A stretch of 62,858 nucleotides of DNA, counting the filler, from Sphaeroforma arctica JP610 (Eukaryota), in the NCBI RefSeq assembly GCF_001186125.1. It is 4 parts of one record of this genome, joined end to end, with 100 filler letters (N's around TTAATTAATTAA, not from the genome) between each part and the next. Parts side by side here need not be neighbours in the genome. Positions count along the whole stretch, not along the records: positions 1 to 13,654 come from NW_014040553.1; positions 13,755 to 25,227 come from NW_014040553.1; 2 more parts are not named here. One strand, written 5' to 3'. The translations under genes were made by a program, and so were the position numbers. The notes under the pieces were generated by a model. It was not told the DNA's origin and did not search any database. It was given only the letters and a program-made list of their open reading frames with translations. This document shows, in pieces, positions 1 through 13,889 of the stretch. Each line of letters begins with the position of its first letter. Within the stretch, counting starts at the first letter, position 1.

Positions 1-730
1 CATTTCTATATGTATATATAATTGTACACGTATATTTAGTTATAGATGTGGTGGAAAATGTAAGAAGCGCATCACTGACATCACAATGTCGTAATCGTAT
101 ACAGGTGTATATTGTCGTCACTCTACTGTTTGTCATCGTGCATCAGTGTGATGCTTGTATACTGTCAATGAGCTTTACGTCTAGATATGCTTCAAAATAT
201 GCTCTTCTCAAACGCAATTGTAGACACGTGTAGTACATAATGCGTTTACACACGAGATAATTTCTTGATTGTATGAGAATCACTTATTTGTAACGTTTGT
301 GGCGCAATCGGATTTGCAAAGTGGGAGCGCAAGGGCTACTTCTGATATTGCACTTCGGAAGCGTTGATAACACTTGGGTTGTAAAAAGCATGAGCGCACA
401 CACAAATACTGACGATCATCTGATCATTGGCACAATTTTGTACACATAATTTTACAACTGTTGCCACGAGCAGTAGAACAAGCCATCAATTGCCCCGCCT
501 GAATGGTAACTTCATATACACAAGCACGTCTTTGGTTCAGTATTACGCACATGCCAGTAGGACACAGACATCTTTCACAGCGTTTATGACACGTGTTCTA
601 TATCATTATACCAGCGCGCTCGCACTAACCCTTTCAACCTCAATTACAAATATTCTTACAGAATAGTATGCTGGCGCCGCAATTCGATACCATTCCTGCC
701 GCGAGGAAGACGTCACTGTCCGACGTAGCT

Positions 731-3700
731 ATGGTATGAACCTTGAATTTTTAGGTTTTTTAGGGTTTAGGGTTTTTTAATCTCCTAAGGGTTTTAGGGA
801 TACGCATATGTTTCAGCTGAAATTTGTATGTCAAGATGTGTAGTTCTAACTGACTTAGTAAGCATTGAGTGCGTTTTTCTAGTTATCTAGTAGTTTATTT
901 TTGCGTAGGTTTTGGTCTTCAAGGGCTTCTCTGTCTCACAAAATCTATCTGTTAACCAGTTATTTGTGGTTTGAACGCCTGTGTAACGGTCATATTCTAA
1001 TTGTACAAGAATTTTGTTTTATTCCAGACTGATATCAAAAGATATCGTCAAGTAATTGAATCTCAGTCTCTCAAAGCAGCCCGGCAGAAGATTGTAACAT
1101 TGTTTCAGGTAGTTATTCCAATTGCATGCGCTCATTTTGTTATTTCGCCCTCTCCGTTGTTCGCTTGAGAACACAGCTTATATGTTGTTTAACATCCTCG
1201 CTGTGACAAATCTCTATAGTAAAGCTCAAGGGTAGTAGTTCATCTTTTCAGAATGCTCTCGCTCATGTAATTTCTAAATACATATGCTTTGATTTCACGT
1301 TCGCTTGCCTGGGTTGCACTTGGAAAACTTAGGTGCATCCATTTGTCTATTTGCTCTCTGCCAGTTGATGACTTCTGTTTTAAAATCTTCGGGAAGAACA
1401 CCGTTGTTCCTTTCATTTATTTAGAATGTATTTCATGAGCATGCTGTACCAAAATGGATTATACCCCTCAGTACTACTTTTGGATGTTGTCCTCCCCTTT
1501 ATTGATGAGACACTATAATTCACTGTTTAGAGCACGGAATGTAGTACACAATCGGCTGTTCTAATTCTTGAGGTGATGCTAGAAGTTCTTCATAAGGAAT
1601 AGGATTGTCATTCATATTTTACAGGAATGAACTATATTGTTATTAGTCGCTCACACTCAGATATACTGTGATTCTTTCCTCCAAATAGAGACCAGAACAA
1701 CTAGAAAAAGTCAATGAACACCGGCGAAACTTTGCTCGCGAAAAGGCGGCCGTAGATGCCAGGTCAAAGTCCCTTGCCCAGTCTCATGCAGAAAATCTGA
1801 AGCAGGCGCTGAAAACGCTTGAATTCACTCGCAGCACCATGTCGCAAATCAGTGTCGATTTCGAAAAGATTCAGGAGAGATGCTCTAAAAGCGCAGATTC
1901 AATCACAGATTACGATCGTATGTTGTTTCGTATTAGATTTGCCTTAGCACGATAATTTTTTAGTATGTAAATAGGTGTGCGATGTTTTAAGGAAACATGT
2001 GGTTGTTTCTTGGTTCTTCGTGTTTCGTCACGCTGGCCATATGGCTGGCGTTCAACAGCGGAGCAGATTCGGCTGTAGACTAGTAGTGGTTCCCTGACTG
2101 GAAGGACATGTTCATCGAACACTACAACTCTGACAAATACTATAAATTGCTGCACATCTGGTGCGAATGCGTTTTGGCGAACAAAGTCATCGTATTCGCT
2201 CAGAAACGTATTAGCACATCGTATTCGCACACTCGTTCAGACTATCCATGAGCAAGTACAGAGAAATCAAATGATTTATCATTAGCGCGGGGCATGGTAA
2301 CTGATACATGAATCAAACATGACTATTTTTGATTTCTGCTGCACAGGTATAAAAGACATCAATCGCAACCGTAATCACCTATTCCACACGCGTAGTTATC
2401 TGGATAATATATTCACGGCCTTGGACATTGCCAGAACACTTGACGAAGAGCTAGAAAGTGAGGACTGCAACCTTCTGGCTGTTCACTCTCGATTGTCAGA
2501 TTTGGAAAACTGTCGGTATGTGATCGCTTAATAGATCTTTCCAGGCATAACAATCACAATACGCATGACCGATATGCGTTTAAATTGCACTCTTTTCTCG
2601 ACACTAATCAAATATATCCAGAAATATTGCGCCAATTTACCAATAGTTTGTTGGAAAATGTGTTGACACATTTTTCAGTACACATTTTAGCTCAGCTAGC
2701 GATGGCCTTTTAATATCAAACCAGTGATGAGTTGATCTACTATGTACAAAACGACGATGAGAATCGAAATGCTCTCGAAGCCTACTTCGGAGAAGTGAAT
2801 GAGATTGCTCTCAAATTGGAAGACATTATCTGGGATGTTCTTACAAACGTATGTTGCACATTTGAACACGTGGTGAACTATGCAAACTCTCGATTTGCTC
2901 TATCGGTCTCTGGAAGAATCATAAAAAGTTATCATTAGTTCAATATGTTCTGCTCAGATCTGCCTATATTTGATCGCTATTTCCTATCTGAATAAACATT
3001 GTAAAATTTTGCTTTATGAATGTCCCAGAATACGATACACGGGCGTGGTAGTGCAGCTGACATAAGGTGCTTTTTACCCAATGTACAGCTTATTGCAAAT
3101 TTGCAAGCCAGACCACACAAGGTTGTATCCGTTCTACGCATAGTCGAGCGCGAAGAGATGATCGACCGTGATGTAAAAGAAGGAAACAGGAAGATGGACA
3201 CATCATACAGACCAAAAAAGTATCGAATGAAGGCTTTAGAGGCCATAACGAATTCAATAGAGAAGAGATATAGAGAATTGACGGTTGAGGGCAATGTTGC
3301 ACAGACTGTGGGAAATTTCCGATTTATTTTCCAGGACTTACAGATTATGAAGGTGCGTAATAGCGCTGGACAAAAGTGATGTGGTATTGTAGGTATGAAT
3401 TTCCTACTTGGAGAGCATATTTTCACTAAAAACTGTCTCGGCCTTTTTTTGGGTGCGGATTTGGAGCGGGGCGCCTATTTTGCCTTGTGAGTCATGAATT
3501 GTGAATTGTGAATCGTGTTTTCATGTGGTTTCTGTCCCGTGTGCTATTTCACGTCACAGGACAAAGGGACGAAGTGCTTTCCACCAACGTACGACATCTT
3601 CACCTTCTACTTAGAGTTCTACCACAGCAAGGCGGTAGCGGAGATGAAAGCGCTCTCAATCCGCGATGACTTGGTTCCCGGTGACATTTGGTTGTTGTTG

Positions 3701-6700
3701 AGTTATTCAGATCAATACCATGACCTGATGTACTCAAAAGTCGGAATTCCTCGAGATAGGCTTGCGCCGCCTATGCTACAAGTATGATTATTTTTGGTTT
3801 GTTAAGTGTAAAGCAATTGCATATATATTTAAACTTCACAAAACAGCCACATTTACAAGCTGGCTTCTCTCCAAACAATTTGACACAATGCAAATCAATA
3901 TGCCAGTGATAATATGGATAAGTTGATTAAAGGCAATAGCACTGAAGTTGTCAATATAGATAGACGCTGCATTCGCAACTTAAAAAACTGACATTACGAA
4001 CCTGCCTCGATCACATCAGGTTTGTTTCTCACCGCTAATTGGGGACGAACCCAGTAAGTCACAGGCTGTGTTGTGAATTTGGGGTTTTCTAAGTTTCACT
4101 TGCCGTGCAATGGTACGTACTTTTTTTTTGCTTATAGGGGGCAGGGGACAACCTCATGGACGATTATGTGGACAAGCTCAGCAATAATATGCAGACTTGG
4201 TGTAAGAATATAATCATCACAGAATGGGATGAGTGGTTCGGGGGCAGCCGAGAAGATCCGCCAGATGAAGACGCTGCCGGCCTTTACATCTCACAGGTTC
4301 CTGTGATTCTATTCCAAATGGTGGATCAGCAGGTATGACTGTACTCTTCACCTCTTAGTGTCTTTACAAAAAGGTTTACACTGATACAATAATCTACGGT
4401 AAGAAATTATTATAAATGCATCACATACATCATAGGCTTGCTAGACATACTCACCAAACGTCACAAGCATCTATACTGGAAGGCAGAATGGAACCCAACT
4501 AATCATCACCATTGTTTTTTTTCACGCGATTCACGTGATGATCTACTCGTGCCTGATACAGTACAATGTTGCCGAACAAGCTAACAGTGTACCCCTGAGA
4601 AAGAAGGTGTTGAGGCGGTGCTCCACCATTCTACTAGATTTTCAACAGCAATACGAACATGCAATCAACAATCAAGGACGTCTATACTTTCAAGGCGAGG
4701 GTAACAACGACTACTTCTTGGAGTATATGGTATGTCAGATTATGAGCGTGTCTGGCTCGTAGATCGAGTTGTTTGATCGTCGAGAACGATTTGTTATACA
4801 TTTGTGCATAGAAAGTTTGACGGAAATTTAGTGCGTTGTATTACTTTGAAAAGATATTTTGTAACCCCATATGAAATTTTGATTTCATGACATGTTTCCT
4901 TGTAGACAATCACTTGCCATGTTCACGATTCTCGTGCCGTGTGCGGGCTATGCATTTTATCTTTTTCTTGAATAGACGTTCGATACATTGTATATACCTA
5001 TCACTATACCAGGGCGCTCGTGGGGTGAAGCACATAATGGTTTGAACTGTCCTTCTTCGACTATGGTCGCCTATCTCACACGGGCTTATAATCCAACTAT
5101 TACAATTTTGTCTATTCATTGCAGATGATCATCGTAAACAATTGCAGCAAGTGCGAACTGTACACCCACGAATTGGCAACGGCCGTCAAAAATAAAGTGG
5201 GAAGTGGTACAGAAAACAGTCAGATTACTGCATTGCAGAACGTATTGCACGGTTTCATGCATATAGCAGCTAAAGCGTATCGATTGCTTATCGAGGTGGC
5301 CTTTGGAGATCTGTCTCCTTATTTCAAAAAACTCTTCACGAAGTAAGCAACAGTCAGAGTATGAAGTTTTAGTCTCTTCTCATGTTATTCATGTCCAGTG
5401 TATGTCAAATCAAGATTGAATACGCTTTATTTTATTGGCAGTAAGTATCAGATTGAAAATATGGCCGAATACAACCGGTGGTACTCTCACCAAACTACGC
5501 ACAAAACTACGGCACATGGAGCGGTAGATCTTGTCTGTTGTACGTAATACAATCTTGTGTATGTTTCGGAGCTTTGGCATATGTTCTGTTTTCTCCCGAG
5601 GTGACAATTCGATCACGTACTCGCTCGGCCCCTAAATGTTTATGCACATCCACTGATGTCTGTTCTGTATAATGCTTATTTTGGTTCGGGTCAAAAATTA
5701 TGCGCATGTGTTCACAGACGCGTATGTGCACGCATCATTGTTTTCCGGCCTTTTTCTATTGTTGCATGCGTACTTTTAGATCACATTGACACTATAGTCC
5801 TCATAAAGGCATGTTTGATACTACGCTTCGATATTCAGCTGACTGATTTATCTTTTGTGCCCGAATGTTTGCAGGGAGTGGTATAGTCGACAATCAGACA
5901 GCGGACAGGCGTTTGCCACGATCTTAGTAACGCTCGACGATTATTGCAACGATTTCAAAGAACACACGACCAAGAAATACTTTGAGTGTATGATAAACGA
6001 GATGCACACACGCTTCTTGGTGAGCTACGCTACCCAGATGTTCACGCGTGCCACGACAGTGCTAAATCAGGAGGTAGGTTGCTCGCCTGCAAATACATAG
6101 TCGTAGCTTCGTCGACAATATTAGCCTTGCGGTGCATCTAAGCTCTGTTCCCAGCACCCGCTCGCTCTCTCCTTTCTTCTATATTGGTCAGTTGCTAGGA
6201 CGCACGAATTGTATTTGTTCCTAAAAGGAGCAATCACTTAACCCCATTCTAATCAATGTCTATTCGAAATCGTAGACCGTGGATATTATGCGAGAGGAAA
6301 TGGACAAATCTTTCGAGTTTTTCGAAAACCTGGGAGCAGACAAAGTCGATGCCAAACAAGGTAAATTGTGACTAGTGTTTACGGGGCATGCTATCTAATA
6401 TCAATCAAAATTTCAAGTGCAATTCACGATTCAACAATTTTGGAGATGGTTAGCTCCGATGTTAATTGCGCATCTAGCAAATTGGCTAGACCTTTGACGT
6501 AAACTTCCGGAAGCAGTGTATGAAAACATAAATTCGACGGTGGAATTGCAGAGCTTGAACGACGCGAGCAAGGATCACAATCATTGCACGCTGAATACCG
6601 ACACTTTAATATTATATAGTATTGTATTTAATCATGAAATACCACCACTTCTACACCAACAGTTGTCATCATATCGCTGGCCGAACTATCGTCATGTTCG

Positions 6701-7340
6701 GAGGAATTCATGGCGCTGCACTATGTCGATTTGGTGAAGAACAATCCTGATTTTAGCATAAGGCATCTGGAGCAGTTGCTAACATTCCGTTCAGATATCT
6801 CTAGATCGTAAGTCAAAGCACTGTAATTTAGGAAGTTGTACACAATTTTGCAAAACAATCTTTGATACATGTGATATTTTGTGACGAAGTTCTTGCTAGT
6901 TTAACCGGTACAAGTGAATGCGAATCCCTTACGATCGAGAAGTGTGACACACATCACTGTGCATGCAAATTCTTGGAAATTCTCTTGTTCATATGTAAAT
7001 ATTCGTTTAACTTCTCCGGATTATAAGGGGGTTAAGTCGCTCTTGTGAGCCAGCGCACGAAAATCGCACGTCTACAGTCACATTATTTTCGACTTGTGGC
7101 TTCCATATATCCATTCGGTATAGCGCTGTCATCCTGAGTTATATATTCGGTTCCCGTTAAAGTAGCAGGCTTATCTCATGATATACGATCTCGATACTTC
7201 TAACTTCGGCATATTTTTGTATTTTTTTTAGGTCTCGGGCTGAGATTGTAAAAAACCTTGGCGATACCCCAGTCCGAAATCAAACAACAAAGCCAGTTAT
7301 TCCGAATTTCTTCGGCAATATTCGTCTACCACCGAGATAA
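731..7340 (+). CDS. EXOC3: Exocyst complex component 3 (Sec6), about 14 exons
   Basis: GT-AG exons at approx. 731-733, 1028-1108, 1689-1917, 2347-2515, 2725-2848, 3089-3352, 3560-3781, 4138-4332, 4562-4729, 5125-5342, 5875-6073, 6276-6360, 6663-6808, 7232-7340. Product MTDIKRY...LFQRPEQLEKVNEHRRNFAREKAAVDAR...VVSVLRIVEREEMIDR...KCFPPTYDIF...PVILFQMVDQQ...IIVNN matches Sec6/EXOC3 motifs (RPDQLDKV, VVRIIEREE, CFPP). Confidence 0.93.
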
Positions 7341-8178
7341 AATGAATGTTAGTACACTAATGAGACTTGAATTTTAGAAATTTATTCCTGCTGATTTGGT
7401 AACGATAAAACCGAATATGAAGGGTATAAAGCATCATTGCAGATACGCGCACCTCTTTACGCGGTAAGAAGTGCTTTTGAATATCTGTTTGGCACATGGA
7501 TTACAATCATCACAACGCTTTAAGCAGTCCAGAAATCTCCCCACCAAGTCTCTGCTTAACGATCATGCACCGTGGTATGTTAAGGTTGTCACTTCAGGTT
7601 CCATAAGTCATATAGTCCACCAATCTCTCTTATGCGGGCTATGCTTTAGATATGTACCAGCTATTGCCTGTGATAAGCCGCCTTGGCTGAGATTCAAAAA
7701 CACTATCACTCTTCATTATTGCTTCGCGCTGTGTTGCTGTATATTGTCACAAATCGCTTTACAATTGACACCATGAAGAGGTTGCAAGAAAATCAGCTTG
7801 TCTCAATTTTGGTTGTACTGCTTCATCTGAAGGTACAGTCTGAGAAACGAGAAATGGCATCATGAAGCGATACCTGCAGGTTTTTGACGGAAGAAAGCAT
7901 ATTTTTGTTCAGTAACTGGGGGATGTGATGGCAGTCTCAACGATGCCACAAGATAGTATATGGCTTTACAACTCTTCTCAATGAGTGTTTCCTTTCGAAA
8001 TTTAGTGAGATGAGATTTTCAGATTAAACATAGCAGTGGTGGCTCAACACTAGTGAGCATGAGATAAGGATTGCATCATGATAGTTCTACGCCTAGTAAC
8101 AGCAGTCCATGGTCACGACTCGCAGATGCGTGACTAGAAGACTAAAAGATTTACATCCGTCGCGAGCCATTGCAATAG

Positions 8179-11100
8179 TTAGATGTCGGCATACTCCTTA
8201 ATTCCCCTGCTTGCATCGTGCTCGCTAGCATTTTCGACGGTGCCCCCAGCAGCCGCTGCAGCCGCGCCATCTATAAAGAAAGATCAAAAACAGGCAAAAC
8301 ATGAGCGTCTCAGCAGCAAATACACCCGAGAATGCAATAGGTTAATATATGTGGTACAAAATCCAATCAATAAAAAAAAGATCGGCATAGCCGACCAAGT
8401 TTAGCAAAGTACTCTTGATGTGCAAACGCATACACATACACGCAAAAAAGACGTACATCGTGAAACATTTCCAAATGACCACCACAAAAAAACTGCACAA
8501 GAAAGTAAATAGCTACTGGAGGCACACGCTAGTAGTCACGGGTAAAGTATCTAGTTAGATACAAATGAAATCGAGATGTAGGTCGGGCTCAGTCTAGACA
8601 GCAATATACACACGTACAAACACCGAACAACCTAAAAGGATCGATCCGCAGTCAATACGCATAAGTAAAGTGTACCAGATTTGTATTTGAACGCAACCAC
8701 AAGCACAAGATGCTAACAAGATAATTTAGAAACTGACGCTCTCACGCGAAACACTCTTACGAACAACAGTATGTGTCAACACGCGTTCATACAAACACAC
8801 GCCCTACCTTGATCTACCCAAGAACCTCTGGTCGCCGCGTGCTGACCAGGTGCGATTTGTGGGGGCAATTTGTTGACCTCGTGCTCTGGCTGTTTAGGCG
8901 CATCGTTGCTCTTTGGTAGCGGTGCGCCGTGAGGGCCCTTGTGTGGAGATTTGGTTAAGGAATATCTTGGCGAATTCGATATCGAGTGCCTGGGAGAATT
9001 GGAAACCGAGTGCCTGGGAGAATTGGAAACCGAGTGCCTGGGAGAATTGGAAACCGAGTGCCTGGGAGAATTGGAAACCGAGTTTCTGGGCGAAGTGGTT
9101 GGAGGGTGTCTCGGCGACTGACCTGTGAGCGCAAAAGTACAAGCAATTTTAGATTGCGACAGAATCCGACACAATTGGGGAATCTATGATATCCTAAAAC
9201 ATAACCATTTTACCTAATACGCTTCATTTCTAATGTACGTCCGTGCGAAGTGTCGCATTTAACAACGCAAGACATACATTTCTCGCAGATTTAACTTGCA
9301 ATATATGAATTCCTTTGCACACGTATAACCTTGTATAAATATGAGCGGTTACTCATACACTTTCGGATGTGGGCGTACAAAATATACCTTGATGCATCGG
9401 AGATCTCGTTTGGTTCACCTGCTGCTGACGCATTGCAGCTAAGTATTGGTCATGGTGATCTCTGAGACTGTGACATACAAGTTGAAATAACAATGAGCAA
9501 ATAGAGGCATGACGTCCTGAGTTGGGGCGAACGTGTCATGACTTTAGCTCAAGCACAACTCAAACTATAGGACAGCACAAATAGACGGCATATGATCGCA
9601 TCTTTGAGAATAAACTCGTATCCATGCTGGCTTAGGCATCCCACCCACATATACGTTATGACGACAACTTAAGATGCTGCACATGCATATCAATTCACCA
9701 AACGAAGTACTGACAGGTAATTCTTCAATGAAATGGATATATAAAATCAAACTATTGAAGTATATGAAGGTCACCGACATGAAGAATACAATCGGTACGA
9801 TCGCAGACATACTTTGGTGGTATCCTGGATGGGAAAACACGAACGACCCCGCCACAGCATTGGCGATCGTTCATTCCATCGACCGCCAGCTTTGTTGACG
9901 TCGAAGATTCGAACGTTACTAAAGCAGACGATGATCGTACGTTTGGCGTTATTCTGATCTCAACCACTTTTCCGAATGGTGCAAATTCTTGGGCCAGTTG
10001 CGGATTGGTAACTCCTGGATTCAGATCGCCTACATAGACCGTCTAATTACAGATTGTTTGTAGATTCAACAGAAACATGACGACAGATTTGAGCACACTC
10101 TCTCAAAATTGTGCCAGGAAGATAGTATACGTTTGCATTCATTCGCTCTGAGAAATCTATTGCGAAAAATGCACTTAGCTGATTTCCTCTAATGTGGAAA
10201 GTTGCCTCATTTTCAACACCGGGCCGCAGCGGGATACAAACCCTAAAGATGCGAACTCAAGACATGTTCACCCCAGTTTATCCGAACATTGCGTAGTCTA
10301 GTCAGACCATCTGACTAACCAGCTCGGGTGCTCGCGTGACACAAGTATCAGGTGCAACACAAATAAAGAGTAATACAGTGTATCAACGCGAGTCAGTGCA
10401 GTAAGCTCCCAGGTGTACATATCCGCCAATAGCCACACCTGCAGAAAGTATTCTAGTGGCAAATCTGAATTCCTTTGCTGCTGATGTTGATCGAACTGAT
10501 GTTGTTGTCGACTTAGGAGTTGTTCGTGCTGTTTGTTACGTTTTTCTTGCGCCTCCCGCATCGCCAATTTACTGCTATTCTTTATGACGTCCAACTGTGA
10601 GGGCCTGAAGATATGAACACATATTGGAGAAAAATTCTCTTTCAAGGTGACACAGGTTCATAAATACGTTCGGCTATGCATATGTGCATCTAGGCTGAAT
10701 CGGAGACATTGACAGGTTTAGAATTGACCATCGCTCGGTCCCAGAGGAGCCTCAATAACTTTTTTACAGGGCTTTGAAGATACAATCTAGCGATCTGTTG
10801 CATAGAGACACTATGAACAGGCCTGAAATATAACTTCAATGCTGGAATATGGTACTGGTCATATGCATAAACGAGTTTCAACCATGCTGAAGTACACTCA
10901 TTATATGAGTACGGTGTCAGTCGTACTCACATAAGTGCTTCTATACACTCAGCAGCGCACATTCCACGTACCTGTGAGACTGGGACGAGTGCGACGGCGA
11001 GAATCCAATATGCCCTGATCCACCTTCCGAACCCGCCTCGTTGATGTTACCAGTGCTGCTACCTGTAAATATTGAAAAGTACTGACATGTAAGTTGTAAC

Positions 11101-12508
11101 TAGCTCAAAACTTCAATCAAATTCGAAATCGTAGCGTCTAGCAACGCTGTGAACAGCTCTACTGCTATCACGGGCTGACAACGAAATAAAGAGAATAAAA
11201 ATAAATTAAACTAGTACACATAAAATTGCATACCCATGTCTACATACCCACACCAGAAGCCCTGGATTGCAACAAATTATCTTTTGACTCCTGGATAAAT
11301 GCGTGAGCTTTCTTTTGTGACTGCTCCTTGTCTCTCTCGGCTTCAAGCACACGCCTGGCTTTAAGCTTCTTCGCTTCGATAGAATCATCTTCCAGTTCTC
11401 GTTTATTGTTCTTCACCGCCTTGGAAGCTCGCTGTTTCATTACCCTCGTTGCTTGGAGCTGTTAATATCGAGAAATTCAGGTATTTGTAGTACAAAATGA
11501 CGACGCAAAATGCTACACTTATAAAACAATATCGTGCAAGCATCTATTGAAATCCTCATCTAGTATATCGACAAATATGAAATATAAGGAGAGAACATGC
11601 ACACAGCTACATTTGGAACATGATACATTATTAGACAGACAAAATGATCCGTGACAGACAAAATGACCAGGACAGACTTTGTGTTGAATCAAGTTGCTAG
11701 AGATGATAAAAATCAAGATTAAATTGTGCTGTGCACCACATAATCACTAGATTAGTGGATACAACTATACACACTTACCCATGAAGTACAAATATTTGCA
11801 AGTGTGTAAACAGCCATCTTGCTGCCCGACATAATGTGGTAGTACCAAATCCTACGCGTGATGGCAGACCTGTGCTTAGCACGCATTCGATATTGTTTGA
11901 AGTGATTATGCTTCCATGATCACTAACATATGGCAAACGCAAACTTATACAAACTTATACAAAGTAAGCAAAGTTTGAGAGTAATGTATCTCGTTGGATC
12001 GAGGTCGTCGATTGCGGACGCACGCCTATACCGCATGTCTAAGCATCTTCAGTGACCTGTTACAAAATATGCGCTCTGCGTTCTAAAGTTTTGTATTCTT
12101 AGAGTAACTCGTAAAATATCAACGAAACGAGGCCATTAGCAACCAACTGCAAGCGTGTCGACCCACACTAGCTTACCATGTTCTTGGGCAACCACGCCAA
12201 GCCCCAACACAGCAATCGTAATTTTGGCACGGTAAAAACATCATATATAACACAACAGAAGAAACTAATCAGTATAATTACTCTTCTGGTGGGTGCCAAT
12301 AAACGAGTCCTGTTTCGCTGCACAACGATTATTCAAACAGCACACACAATGAATAGGTTGCTCGAGTTGATTTTATAAACTACCGATTACACAACCTTGT
12401 GAATAATATTGAAAAACACTATGTGCTTACAGACAAAAAATTTACCTTTACTTTAGCCAACGCGCTTAAACGTGACTTGAGCTGGGTTTCCGCGGCGGTC
12501 AGAGACAT
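8179..12508 (-). CDS. Single-RRM RNA-binding protein, NELF-E (RDBP)-like, 8 exons
   Basis: Phase-consistent exons 12446-12508, 11248-11458, 10972-11062, 10439-10604, 9813-10042, 9388-9467, 8808-9122, 8179-8270. N-terminus MSLTAAETQLKSRLSALAKVK; RRM TVYVGDLNPGVTNPQLAQEFAPFGKVVEIRITPNVRSSSALVTFESSTSTKLAVDGMNDRQCCGGVVRVFPSRIP; tail HAATRGSW...SRGIKEYADI*. An RRM gene is well supported; NELF-E identity is inferred from layout and short motifs. Confidence 0.7.
8983..9095 (-). repeat. Coding 24-bp minisatellite (about 4.5 copies) encoding (SNSPRHSV)n
   Basis: Unit gagtgcctgggagaattggaaacc repeated in tandem on +, inside exon 8808-9122 of the RRM gene. Confidence 0.95.
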
Positions 12509-13232
12509 TACGTATGTCAAATCTAAGAACACTAGAGTGACTGTTCGTACCCTTTCTGTTTAAGGCTTACTCTGATTTTTGATATTTAGGCCAAATAAGT
12601 ACAATGAAGTAAAATAGTAAATCTTTACAAGCCCACAACTACTGAAAAATCTATGTTGGACATGTGTAAATATGAATATTTGCGATTACTAACGCCGCAT
12701 TTAATGATTAATCACGCTTGAGTTCTGTTATCAACAAGAGAAGTATTTACAGAAGAAATGCATACTACGATCGCCTGATACGTGCGACCGATTATAAATA
12801 TAAAAATATTTGATCACTTATATTTTGGGTTAAAAAGCCGACGGCAAGTGATTGGCCCTCCAGCGAATGGTCTTCACTCTTCAGACATACACACGAATGT
12901 AATAAATATCGACCAGAGCAGAGAGAGTCTCACTCAGCGCCTCTCAGACAGGCTCAGATTCCAGCTTTCGTAAATAGTGTCTAATTAGAAAAGGCTATGA
13001 ATATTGCAATATAAATTCTCAATACATCACGACTATTTCACAATTCACAACTCATAACATTATATTCTTATTATAAATATGCATGGCTCCTATGCCACAT
13101 GTATGATCGTTTAATTGGGCCGGCCAATATTTGTTGGTTTTAGGTCATAGAAATACGATCATCTTTTTTACAACCAGCCCTCCCTGTGATATACACTTCC
13201 ACTGAGTAGGACAGAGAACCTGGCAAGAAACA
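12509..13232. promoter_or_regulatory. Putative bidirectional promoter between the NELF-E-like gene and RBMX2
   Basis: Divergent ATGs at 12508 (-) and 13233 (+), about 720 bp apart; AT-rich. No TSS can be read from sequence. Confidence 0.5.
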
Positions 13233-13754
13233 ATGCAGTATGTGACAAATTAATCAATACAGTACGTGTCAAATTATGTGGGACAAAGTGTAACCTTTAA
13301 CTGTCCTCGTACTATTGTGTTGAGTAGTACACGTGTGTATAAAGGTCATAGCAGCTCTAATGAATTTTACTCACGAGTATTGGATCCTATTGCTTACTGT
13401 GAACGAGCAACACGAGCAATCCTATTTTACAATTGCAATTCTTCGACACTTTTCCGTACGTGGTAATATCCACGGAAATTATCACACAACCCAACTTAAT
13501 AGACATACTGTGCGATAACTCCATCTCACCCTCGCATGAAAGTATTTTCCACTGAGTTGTCTCGTGTTCACAGATAAGCACAATATACACACACAGGTGT
13601 GTGTTCACACACACACACACACACACACTGCCACACACGTTTACACACACACGTNNNNNNNNNNNNNNNNNNNNNNNNNNNNNNNNNNNNNNNNNNNNTT
13701 AATTAATTAANNNNNNNNNNNNNNNNNNNNNNNNNNNNNNNNNNNNNNNNNNNN

Positions 13755-13808
<54 letters not shown>

Positions 13809-13839
13809 GTATTATATATATATTATATTATATATATAC

Positions 13840-13889
<50 letters not shown>

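Noticed and set aside
9565..9680. RNP2-like peptide HNVYVGGMPKPAW suggesting a second RRM (TIA-1-like)
   Set aside because: It hits a stop with no good splice donor, and the flanking exons splice in phase without it; treated as intronic chance.
13699..13710. TTAATTAATTAA as a biological palindrome or piggyBac TTAA target
   Set aside because: It is centred in N runs identically three times, so it is an assembly linker.
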